Assembly (NCBI RefSeq): GCF_032062105.1
Contig: NW_026932430.1
Location: forward strand, 434,001-498,000
Source: Saccostrea cucullata
Lineage: Eukaryota
Direction of reading: 5' to 3'
DNA length: 64,000 nt
In this document: in pieces, positions 54,783 through 64,000 of the stretch
Layout: each line of letters opens with the position of its first letter
How positions within the stretch are numbered: the first letter of the stretch is position 1
Made by a program: the position numbers and the translations under genes
Notes under the pieces: model-generated
What the model was told of the DNA's origin: nothing
The model's database searches: none
The model's input: only the letters and a program-made list of their open reading frames with translations

Positions 54783-55229
54783 TGTTATGGGTCAGAATTA
54801 CCCGAAATGCCAGCAAAGATCAATAACACAATTTAAACTTAACAATAATTTATTTACAGTAATATATCATAAGTATATGAAACATAAAGTACAAACTTAG
54901 CAAGAATCTAAAAATACATACATCAGAGTGTCCGTTGCTGCACACAATGTCCCAGTGAACTTATATCCCAGTAATACCTCAATGATGCTTATACGACCAA
55001 AGTATCTATGCATCGAATTGACAGGGTATTTATACAGTATTATAAATCTAGAATATTCTAGAAATTGTTAAAATATGATATTACTGGAACAATCTGGACA
55101 TACACAAAATTCAGGAATGTTCTAGAAAACAGTGACCGAACATGTTGACCACTCTGGAATGTTCAAGAAACTTAATGTTACTAATAATAGACATGATGAA
55201 ACAATACAAATACAACACACCTCACAACA
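54783..55229 (-). repeat. 3' LTR (447 bp)
   Basis: TGTTGTGAG...CCATAACA on the minus strand, preceded by the polypurine tract AAGGGGGGAGG; TATAAATA near 55034-55027 and AATAAA near 54854-54849. Confidence 0.9.
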
Positions 55230-55310
55230 CCTCCCCCCTTAAAAAGTTTGAATGTCAATGAAAAACTTAAATTGTAAAACATATGTACATTAATACAAAA
55301 TCTAATTTGT

Positions 55311-56548
55311 TCATGATACTCTGGACAAGGCATCTGCAATAACATTGTCTTTGCCTTTGATATGCTTAATTGTTATGTTGTATTCTTGTAACAACAAACT
55401 CCATCTAGTCAGTCTTTGATTCTTGTTTGACAATTTATGCAAAAATGTCAGGGGGTTGTGATCCGTATATACAAGAATTGGATGCAAAGTAACATTCAAA
55501 TAAACATCAAAATGCTGTAAGGCTAACAACAAAGCAAGGCATTCCTTTTCAATGGTGGAATACTTTTGTTGACATTTTGTAAGTTTCTTTGAAAAATAAG
55601 AAACAACTCTATCTACATTATCACTATGTTCTTGAAACAAAGCTGCCCCGATTCCAACATCACTAGCATCAACAGTAAGCTTAAATTGCTTAGAAAAATC
55701 TGGAGTTGACAGAACTGGGTTGCTCATAAGGACAGATTTGATTTTATGAAAGGATTTTTCACAGTCCTTTGTCCATTCAAAGTTAACCCTCTTTTGTAAA
55801 AGATTTGTAAGTGGACTAACTACTGAGGAAAAATTTGGACAAAATTTTCTGTAAAACCCAGCCATGCCCAAAAACCTCATTAATTCTTTCTTGTTTGTAG
55901 GAATCGGGAACTTTGCAATAGCTTCCACTTTAGCCATTATGGGTGTAACATAACCTTGACCTACTTTATGACCTAAATACTCTACATAAGCATGACAAAA
56001 TTCGCTCTTCTCAAGGTTCACAGTTAAGTTTGCTTTAGCTAAAATGTCAAATAAAGCACGCATGATTCGAAGATGTTCGTCCCATGTGTCACTGTATATG
56101 ATGACATCATCAATGTAGGCCTCACATCCCTCAAGGTCTTGAAGAAGGGAGTGAATCATCCTTTGGAATGTAGCTGGTGCGTTTTTCATGCCAAAAGGCA
56201 TTACTTTATACTGGTAAAGTCCATCTGGTGTAGCAAAAGCAGATATTTCTTTTGCTCTTTCTGTTAACGGCACTTGCCAGTAGCCTTTCAACAGGTCAAA
56301 TTTACTGACAAACTTGGCGTTTCCAATGCTGTCAATACAGTCATCAATTCTAGGTATTGGATATGAATCAGTTTTGGTAACAGAATTCACCTTTCTAAAG
56401 TCTGTACATAATCGGTAGGAACCGTCCTGTTTTGGTACAAGAATACATGGTGAGCTCCAATTACTTTTACTAGGTTCAACAATGTCATTGTCCAACATAT
56501 ACTGCACTTCCCTTCTTAGGTACTGCAATTTTATTGGATTGAGACGGT
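55311..56548 (-). CDS. pol: Retrotransposon pol: reverse transcriptase plus RNase H, separated from upstream pol by a 1-bp deletion
   Basis: WSSPCILVPK, RLCTDFRKVN, DLLKGYWQV, MPFGMKNAPATFQR, YIDD, FLGMAGFYRKF, TVDASDVGIGA, YSTIEKECLA, YTDHNPL, NVIADALSR: gypsy-type RT/RH. Confidence 0.92.
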
Positions 56549-58786
56549 CGGATGTTGTTTGATAGGCAGGGCGTCGCCAACTATAACATCATGACAAGCT
56601 GCATTAGTTTTCTTTGGAACATCCGAGAAGATTTGATGATACTCATTCATCAAGTTTTTAACTTGTTCTTTTTGGTGAATGTTCAAATGTCCAAGCTTGG
56701 AATCAAAATCAGCCAAAATTTCTGAGTTTTTCAAGCGGACACTCTGATTACAATCTTTCTCATTCATCTCTACACTCGTATCACTCTCAATACAATTTTG
56801 AACAGTCTTAGCGTTGGCTGAAGTGGAAACTGGTTTTTCAGAATTTCGGTCACACCTTTCAAAATACTCTTTTAACATGTTAATGTGACAAACCCGTTTC
56901 TCTTTACGTCGACCTGGTGTCTTAACTACATAGTTTACATCACTGATCTTGCTTTCAATTTCATAAGGGCCATAAAATCTGGCCTGTAAAGGATGACCAG
57001 GAATAGGTAGAAATACAAGAACCTTATCACCTGGCTTAAACACCCTATTTCTGGCATCTTTGTCATACCACATTTTCATTTTCATCTGAGAACTCTTCAA
57101 ATTTTCTTGTGCTAATTTACAAGCATTGTAAAGTTTCTCTTTGAAATCAGACACATAATCTAAAAGATTAAGATCACTAGTCTCAGTCAGCCACTTTTCC
57201 TTCAACAATTTTAAAGGACCTCTAACTGTATGACCGAACACCAATTCAAATGGACTAAACCCAAGAGACTCCTGGACTGCCTCTCGTGCAGCAAATAGTA
57301 CAAGATGAACCCCTTCGTCCCAGTCTTTTTCATACTGGTAACAATAGGTCTTCAGCATCGTTTTTAAGGTCTGGTGAAAACGTTCTAGCGCCCCCTGGGA
57401 CTCAGGATGATAAGCAGTTGATCTATACTGCCTAATACCCAACTCATGCATGACTTGCTGGAACAACCCCGACATAAAATTTGAGCCTTGATCCGACTGA
57501 ATTGCCTTGGGTGCTCCTACAAAACTGAAAAACTTGGTTAGGGCCTTAACTATGCTCTTTGCCTTTATATTCCTAAGAGGTATGGCTTCAGGAAACCGAG
57601 TGGATGTACACATAATGGTAAGTAAATACTGGTTTCCAGATCTAGTCCTAGGCAAAGGTCCTACACAATCCACCAACACTCGACTAAACGGTTCTTCAAA
57701 AGCTGGAATGGGTTGGAGAGGAGCAGATGGTATCTTCTGATTTGGTTTACCTACCATCTGACAGACATGGCATGACTTGCAAAACTTCGAAACATCCTTT
57801 CTTAGCTTAGGCCAATAAAAATGACTCAAAATCCTATTATAAGTCTTATTGATACCTAAATGACCAGCCATAGGTGTATCGTGAGCTAAACTCATGACAT
57901 CTTGACGATAAGCAACTGGGACCACTATCTGGTGAACAACACGCCACACTTCATCTGGGGAAGCGTCAGGTGGTCGCCATTTTCGCATAAGGATGCCATC
58001 TTTCATATAGAAGCATTCTCCAATTTTAGTAGCCTCTTCTGGTGGAAGTGCCCTCTTACTAAGTTGAATGATATCTGGGTCTTTATGTTGTTCAGAGAGT
58101 AAACGTTCTCGGCTGAGGATGTCCTTGCCTTGGCTAACTAGTGGATGCAACTCATCATCCTCACCACCAAATTTTGGTAACAGTTCTTTCTTCTCTTGCT
58201 TCTTGATGTTGTGTGGTTCCTTGTTGGTTTGAGTGCCATCAAGGTCAGATAAGAAAGTGTCATTCAAATCAATATCAACAGAAGAATTCGTCTCGTCAAC
58301 GGCTTGAGTATGGTCTGCCTCCATTTCTCGTCTTCTGGCCATTGCTCTAGTAACAGCACAGGCTGGATAAATGTCATCATCTTCATCATCGCACATAACA
58401 TCTGGAGTGATTTTCTCACAAACTATAGGATCTGGTACAACTTTTCCACCAGCTAAATCGTTGCCTAGCAACAAAGAAATGCCTGGAACGGGAAGAGTAG
58501 GTCGAACACCGACGATAACAGGTCCAGTAACTAAATCTGACTTCAAACTAATTCTATGCAGGGGAACATCAATGACGCCTAGCTCCACACCCTGTAATAA
58601 AACTGACCCACCAGTAGAAGTCTGCTCAGACAAAGGAAGCACGCCCTCTAACAATAACGTCTGTGCAGCACCAGTATCTCTCAAAATCTGGACAGGTTTA
58701 ATTTCGCTAGAGTCACTGAGTGAAACAAATCCCTGAGACATAAAGGGCTTATAATCCAATAGAACTGGACTGTGAACCCTGGACAT
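56531..58786 (-). CDS. pol: Retrotransposon pol: aspartic protease plus integrase
   Basis: ILRDTGA (protease); HDTPMAGHLG...CKSCHVC (HHCC zinc finger); DCVGPLP / SDQGSNF / YHPESQGALERFH (DDE core); GPY motif. Confidence 0.92.
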   Translation of the reverse strand: MSRVHSPVLLDYKPFMSQGFVSLSDSSEIKPVQILRDTGAAQTLLLEGVLPLSEQTSTGGSVLLQGVELGVIDVPLHRISLKSDLVTGPVIVGVRPTLPVPGISLLLGNDLAGGKVVPDPIVCEKITPDVMCDDEDDDIYPACAVTRAMARRREMEADHTQAVDETNSSVDIDLNDTFLSDLDGTQTNKEPHNIKKQEKKELLPKFGGEDDELHPLVSQGKDILSRERLLSEQHKDPDIIQLSKRALPPEEATKIGECFYMKDGILMRKWRPPDASPDEVWRVVHQIVVPVAYRQDVMSLAHDTPMAGHLGINKTYNRILSHFYWPKLRKDVSKFCKSCHVCQMVGKPNQKIPSAPLQPIPAFEEPFSRVLVDCVGPLPRTRSGNQYLLTIMCTSTRFPEAIPLRNIKAKSIVKALTKFFSFVGAPKAIQSDQGSNFMSGLFQQVMHELGIRQYRSTAYHPESQGALERFHQTLKTMLKTYCYQYEKDWDEGVHLVLFAAREAVQESLGFSPFELVFGHTVRGPLKLLKEKWLTETSDLNLLDYVSDFKEKLYNACKLAQENLKSSQMKMKMWYDKDARNRVFKPGDKVLVFLPIPGHPLQARFYGPYEIESKISDVNYVVKTPGRRKEKRVCHINMLKEYFERCDRNSEKPVSTSANAKTVQNCIESDTSVEMNEKDCNQSVRLKNSEILADFDSKLGHLNIHQKEQVKNLMNEYHQIFSDVPKKTNAACHDVIVGDALPIKQHPTVSIQ

Positions 58787-60101
58787 CAGGAGTGTCAGAA
58801 CAAATGGAAACTAAGGCTTCTCTATCACCTCTAACTGCCGCACAAGCGTGTGGTTGAGTTTTATCAAACTCATTTTTTCTCTTAAGTTTAAAGCATTCAC
58901 TGATCAGATGACCTTTTTTCTTACAATAACTACAAGTAGGAAGCGACCCTATTCCAGAAGATCCTTCAAAACGTCCTGGACCGGACTTAGAACCACCTTG
59001 GGATGGAGACTGGGAACTTGTGAAAGACTGAGACCCTGAACCACTCTTTTTATATGTGTCTGAATTGGTAGAATTACTGCTAGTCTGAGATCTTGATACA
59101 AAATTCTTTTTATGAGACAGGGCATAAGTATCAGATATGACTGCTGCCTCTTCAAGAGTTTTCACATTCTTATCTTCTAAATGCGTTTTCAAATCTTGAG
59201 GAACACATTCCTTAAACTCTTCTACCAGGATGACTTGGCGCAAATTAGCAAAAGTTTTATCAAGATTCTTAGATCTAAACCAATGATCGAATAAATCTTC
59301 TTTCTCTCGTGAAAATTCAACAAATGTTTGTTTATCAAACTTCCTATACTTTCTGAACTTTTGTCTATACGCTTCAGGTACTAATTCATAGGCTTTTAAT
59401 ATTGCTGCTTTGACCTTCTCATAGTCTGAACTTTCAGCTACCCCTAGTGCAGAGTATACCTCAGCTGCTTTGCCAACCAGTACACTTTGTAACATTGTTG
59501 ACCAAACATTTTGTGGCCATTTAAGATTTTCTGCGACTTTTTCGAATTGGGGAAAATATTTGTCTACAGATTTGTCTTGAAATTTCGGAACTAACCTAAT
59601 ATTTTTTGCTGCGTCAAATTCATTCTTGACAAATGACGGTTCTGGTTGGTGCTGTAATCTTAATTTCTCTAACTCAAAGTGCTCTTGTCTTTCTAATTTG
59701 TCTAATTCAAATTTTCGTTCACGCTCTCGTTCTTCTCTTTCTAATTTGTCTAATTCAAATTTTCGTTCACGCTCTCGTTCTTCTCTTTCTCTTTCTCGAT
59801 CTTCTCTTTCTAATTTTTCTCTTTCTAATCGCATTTTCTCTAACTCTAATTGAAACTGATATTCTGCCATTTTGTAAGAGCCTAATTCTGATTTAACTGT
59901 ATATTCTGGAAGATCATATTTTTCAAAGATGTTTTCTTCTACTAGTTTGTTTGCAACCTTAATTCTAATGTCTTGCTTTCTCTGAGAGGATTTAACATCT
60001 AACCCAAAATGTAAACCTAATGCGATCAAGTCATCCTTTTTTAACGTATCAAAAACCTGAACACTTGGTGAACTAAGAAAGTCTGTGACCGAAAATACCA
60101 T
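58749..60101 (-). CDS. gag: Retrotransposon gag with coiled coil, SCAN-like capsid region and CCHC zinc knuckle
   Basis: 450-aa ORF with an ER-rich coiled coil, AILKAYELVPEAYRQKFR and CSYCKKKGHLISEC. Confidence 0.9.
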   Translation of the reverse strand: MVFSVTDFLSSPSVQVFDTLKKDDLIALGLHFGLDVKSSQRKQDIRIKVANKLVEENIFEKYDLPEYTVKSELGSYKMAEYQFQLELEKMRLEREKLEREDREREREERERERKFELDKLEREERERERKFELDKLERQEHFELEKLRLQHQPEPSFVKNEFDAAKNIRLVPKFQDKSVDKYFPQFEKVAENLKWPQNVWSTMLQSVLVGKAAEVYSALGVAESSDYEKVKAAILKAYELVPEAYRQKFRKYRKFDKQTFVEFSREKEDLFDHWFRSKNLDKTFANLRQVILVEEFKECVPQDLKTHLEDKNVKTLEEAAVISDTYALSHKKNFVSRSQTSSNSTNSDTYKKSGSGSQSFTSSQSPSQGGSKSGPGRFEGSSGIGSLPTCSYCKKKGHLISECFKLKRKNEFDKTQPHACAAVRGDREALVSICSDTPDVQGSQSSSIGL

Positions 60102-60188
60102 GTTGATTTTTGCTGGCTTATAGTCAAATTTAACGGTTCAATAAACAAAAATTTTGACAATAAACTGCAAAAGTGCAAGAAATTCTTT

Positions 60189-60206
60189 ATCCCGGACGAG
60201 CCCCCA
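60189..60206 (-). other. Primer-binding site complementary to the tRNA-Pro 3' end
   Basis: TGGGGGCTCGTCCGGGAT, 4 nt downstream of the 5' LTR end. Confidence 0.9.
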
Positions 60207-60210
60207 ATTC

Positions 60211-60380
60211 TGTTATGGGTCAGAATTACCCGAAATGCCAGCAAAGATCAATAACACAATTTAAACTTAACAATAATTTATTTACAGTAATATATCATAA
60301 GTATATGAAACATAAAGTACAAACTTAGCAAGAATCTAAAAATACATACATCAGAGTGTCCGTTGCTGCACACAATGTCC
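60211..60380 (-). repeat. 5' LTR remnant (170 bp; U3/TATA portion missing)
   Basis: Matches 54783-54952 with no mismatch I could find, then switches abruptly to unrelated sequence. Confidence 0.9.
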
Positions 60381-62388
60381 ATTGTGACGCAGCCCTATAA
60401 GAAGAACTGTTTAGGTTTGATGGGTGGGGATACCAAATAAAATTCTTTCACACACACACCCCCTCACTTTTCGAGACTGTATCTTTTTCAAATTTTAAAC
60501 TAAAATTGATTTAATTTTTCATTAAAATCCAAACATCTAATTGCAATTAAAATTGGACAAAAATAAGGGTTTGATAATGTAGCTGAACCAAATCCTATTT
60601 AAATGATGTTACACATGTACATAAGTACGGAAATTTTCACCGAAAGGCGTCCCCCTTTTTACGAAATCACTAGCATTATATACAAAAAAAAAATGATAAG
60701 AATTCCTTTTGGTATGTATAGTGATTACGTAAAATCAAATAAAGGCCCCTTTGCTTTCCCCCCTAGATGATTTTTTTTTCGCATGTCCATTATTTTCTGA
60801 ATGCTCCCACACTTCAAAAACGATGTTACGCGCCTAAAAAAGATTGGAAAATTCGTGTGGACGAAATCATTTGTAAAATTCTTATACAGCATGCAGATAT
60901 TCATGACAGACATGCATGATAAATAGACATTGAACATTAGGGCGTAGGTTAATAAGCCCAATCCCCACCAACTATCAAACTATCAATAGGCACAGGTTGC
61001 GGTGTATTCAAAGGATTTTCGGATTTAGACAATTTATTACTTTTTAGATTTTTGATTTTTGCTTGTCAATTTTTTTTCAGGTATTTTAATTTTTTTCTCT
61101 TTCAATTCGCCACTAGCCCCCTCCCCCTTTCTAATTTGCTTCCGACGCCAATGAACCATTGAGATGGATGTCTTCAAAAAGTTGAAAATTCATTCTATCG
61201 AATTCGTGAAAAAAAATTATTACGACACAATGCATAAATAAAATTGGACAAAATTCATTGAAAAATTAATGTTATCAAAAATTTTAATTGAGAATTGGCA
61301 ACTCCTTTCCTGAGCTCAATCTTTTTTTGTCCAGTGTAACACCTACAGATAGCTCTGTTTGCTAGGACTACATACACGTACAATAATTATCTTAATGTCG
61401 TTCAAAAAAAATTAAAAGCTAGGAAAAACTGCATAATACTTTAAGTACATATGTTTATTGCAATTTAAATGTATGTATGCCTCACAAAAAGGTTAAGATT
61501 TTGATTTTTGAAACAATAATAAGGCAAAATAGTTGCCTCATTTTTTATTTCAATTGAACAGTGCAAAGAGAGATAACCCTTTGCAAAAAATCAATGGTTG
61601 CATTTGACGGTGAATAAAAGAATTTTCATATCACTAATTACAAGATTTAAAAGAAAAAAATCTTTTTATACAAAATTCATATATAAACTGAACATTTAAT
61701 TTGTTTTTCTATCTTTTTAAGCTTAAACATTATAATAGGACTAGGAAATATTTCTTATGAAATCTAATGATGAATATATTCTGTGAAAAATCTATAACAA
61801 AACCCTCACAAATGTTTTTTGTAGCTGCATGCATTACACATCTCCAAAATTATAATTCACCATCTCATTTAAATTCGATCCATTAGAAAAACAGTAAAGC
61901 CTCATCAACCCAAATTCAATGGGACCAAGATTAAATTGTGAGATAACAGAATGCAAGATAACAGGGTTCAAGAAACATACAAAGTGGGGATTTTGAAAGC
62001 TTATACATTTACATTAAAGAGTTAATGCTGAAAATAAATTCAACAGATGAACTAGAGATGTGTAGTATAGAGCAACACACAAACCCATATTGTCCCTAAA
62101 AAATGTTAATACACAATCATGTAATGCAGTATATAACTCTGAATGAACACTTTTAATACTACGTACAGTACATACAGACTATTACTTTCCTTGGAAGTTT
62201 CCAATAATGAGGAAGGATGTGAAAGCATGTCGCTATTTCAGAAAACCAATCCCTAAAAAACTCTTTATTGAGATTTAAACTCAAAGGAATGTTTGGTTTT
62301 CAATAATATGATTTACAAAATAAACCAACATATCCGTCATCTCAAAACATATCTAAATTGTTTTCACTTTTAATCTTGAAATGATATC

Positions 62389-63284
62389 TTAATCATCTTC
62401 ATTCAGACCTCCTGAAAATATACTTTTTATCAAGGAAGTCCTGGCAAAGAATGATTTCTTATTGACATCTTCCTTTTTCCGTTTTCCTGGTTTTCCTGTT
62501 TCTCCTACAGAGTCTAACTTCCTCTTCCTTGTCACCGTGTCCTCCTCCGTCTTCCTCTGAAATATCTTGTACTCCCCCTCCCCTCTGTCCCCACCCACAC
62601 TTTTCCCCTGTCGCTGTTTCCTCTCCTCAATGGCCTTTTGTTTCTGTCTTTTCTCAGCATTTTGAATGTGAAAGTTGGCGACACGCTTCACTTGAGCTAT
62701 CTCTGTCCTCAATCTCTGTTTGTGAACAGCTTTTTCATACGCTAGTCTCTCATTTAAATGAGCCCATTTAAACCTGCAGATAAAATATCTTTTGTTAAAA
62801 ATATTGATGAGTTTGAATTGAAAATAAATTTGTCTATGTATTAAAGAATTATATCTTTACTGCCATTAATTCTTCAAGTATGCTTCATCCTGTTGTATTT
62901 CTGTAACCATATGAGAAACCCTAACAAGTTTGATATCATTGCCACATACATTTCTAGACAGCATCAGATCTTCACAGTTATATGAACAAATAGTTTGAAG
63001 AAATCTGTTTGCATAAAATAAGGCTGATTGGTTCCCTAAGGTATGTTCATTAGTTATCAGCTTTTCTCCAAATCTTGTACTTGAAATTTGTATTTGAATG
63101 CAGAATAAAGATTACCTATGAAGGTATTTTATGTTCCAGAGTTCTTCATGCCAGCGACTTTTCTTTTTTCCTCCTATCTGGGTGTTATTTAGGTTTGCTG
63201 CTACTTGTTTTGCAATCTTCTTATCCAAAAACTCCACCCATCCTTCCGTGAATAACCGTCCCTTTTTTGTATTTGGAGCTTTTT
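62389..63284 (-). CDS. ABT1: Activator of basal transcription 1 (ABT1/ESF2), last two coding exons; 5' part lies beyond the window
   Basis: Exons 63284-63116 and 62773-62389 (GT-AG, phase 2): ...[47 protein letters not shown]|[30 protein letters not shown]..., the ABT1/ESF2 signature. Confidence 0.9.
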
Positions 63285-63551
63285 CTGTAATAATGATGAT
63301 AAAGTGTTTGTAAAATCTCCCATGAGTACAAATTTCTTGTCCCGAATTCTATGTATTTAAGCATCACAGGATAAGATGTTTTGCTCTCTTTCAGTTTAAA
63401 AGTTTTAAACAACATTTGAGGGGTTTTTATCAATTTTTTTTTATTGATTGTTTTGACAATTTAAGTTGAACTTTATCGATATTCATCACAATTATGTTTC
63501 ATTTATACATTGCGGTGTAAAGTATTCCTACACTGTACAGAAATAATATTA

Positions 63552-63955
63552 GTTACATAGTCTTTTAGTGACAGGGTATGGGATGATACCTGGTTAGTAA
63601 ATTTCATAACTGGCGAGGCGGAGCCGAGTCAGGTATGAAATTTACTAACCAGGTATCATCCCATACCCTGTCACTAAAAGACTATGTTACGAATTTACCC
63701 CACCGATGAAACATTTATGTTTTATCTGTAGTTTATAAATGGTTTTATCTGCTAAATGCTTCATCGCGCTTATACTGTGCCTATTATGACGTTACGTTTG
63801 TGTTTGTGACGTAATACATCCACCGGGTATAGATTTACTGACCGGGTATGGATTTAAAACTGACCGGGTATAAGTAATCCACCGCCTTCATGTGACAGAC
63901 TTCAACGAATCGTAAGCCAAGATTTCATGGAAAAATCAACAGAGGTGGGGTAATG
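63552..63955. mobile_element. Palindromic non-autonomous element in an ABT1 intron, with a near-perfect ~140-bp hairpin
   Basis: acatagtcttttagtgacagggtatgggatgatacctggttagtaaatttcata and its exact reverse complement, centre CGAGGCGGAGCCGAG; followed by three ACCGGGTAT repeats inside ttaccccacc...ggtggggtaa inverted repeats. Confidence 0.8.
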
Positions 63956-64000
63956 GATTGTATCACATGGAAGCCTCAAAGAGATATAATTTTCAAAATT

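Larger units (their letters stand above)
54783..60380 (-). mobile_element. Gmr1-like Ty3/gypsy LTR retrotransposon (gag-PR-INT-RT-RH) with a truncated 5' LTR
   Basis: 3' LTR 54783-55229 (TG...CA); PPT at 55230-55240; gag/pol 55311-60101; PBS TGGGGGCTCGTCCGGGAT (tRNA-Pro) at 60206-60189; 5' LTR remnant 60211-60380 identical to 54783-54952. Confidence 0.95.

Noticed and set aside
58810-58820. CTTAGTT as an EST3/Ty-type programmed +1 frameshift site
   Set aside because: The heptamer is not in the gag reading frame (gag codons are GCC TTA GTT).
56073-59896. Plus-strand ORFs overlapping the retrotransposon
   Set aside because: Antisense shadows of gag/pol with no independent motifs.

Overview
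AT-rich, intron-rich animal genomic DNA. The repeat types (Cg170-like/Helentron-type elements, a Penelope-like RT) suggest a bivalve, probably an oyster; this is inference. Three host genes can be spliced together by hand: (1) the 3' part of RASEF/Rab45 (+, 1-2409), which ends in three tandem paralogous alternative last coding exons, each giving a different Cys-Cys prenylation tail; (2) an apparently complete 20-exon RFX6 gene (-, 9289-38876, about 861 aa), with an in-frame duplicated splice donor after exon 7; (3) the last two exons of ABT1/ESF2 (-, 62389-63284). Between the convergent RASEF and RFX6 3' ends lie a decayed Penelope-like RT and a ~146-bp tandem array whose monomers carry a canonical RFX X-box (GTAACCATGGCAAC). 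Upstream of RFX6 is a nest of non-autonomous elements: a mariner-type element, an inverted pair of TTAA MITEs, fold-back MITEs, Helentron-type elements and long hairpins with GNA-type mini-loops. The same region holds a young Gmr1-like Ty3/gypsy LTR retrotransposon with the unusual PR-INT-RT-RH domain order, a tRNA-Pro PBS, two frameshifts and a truncated 5' LTR.
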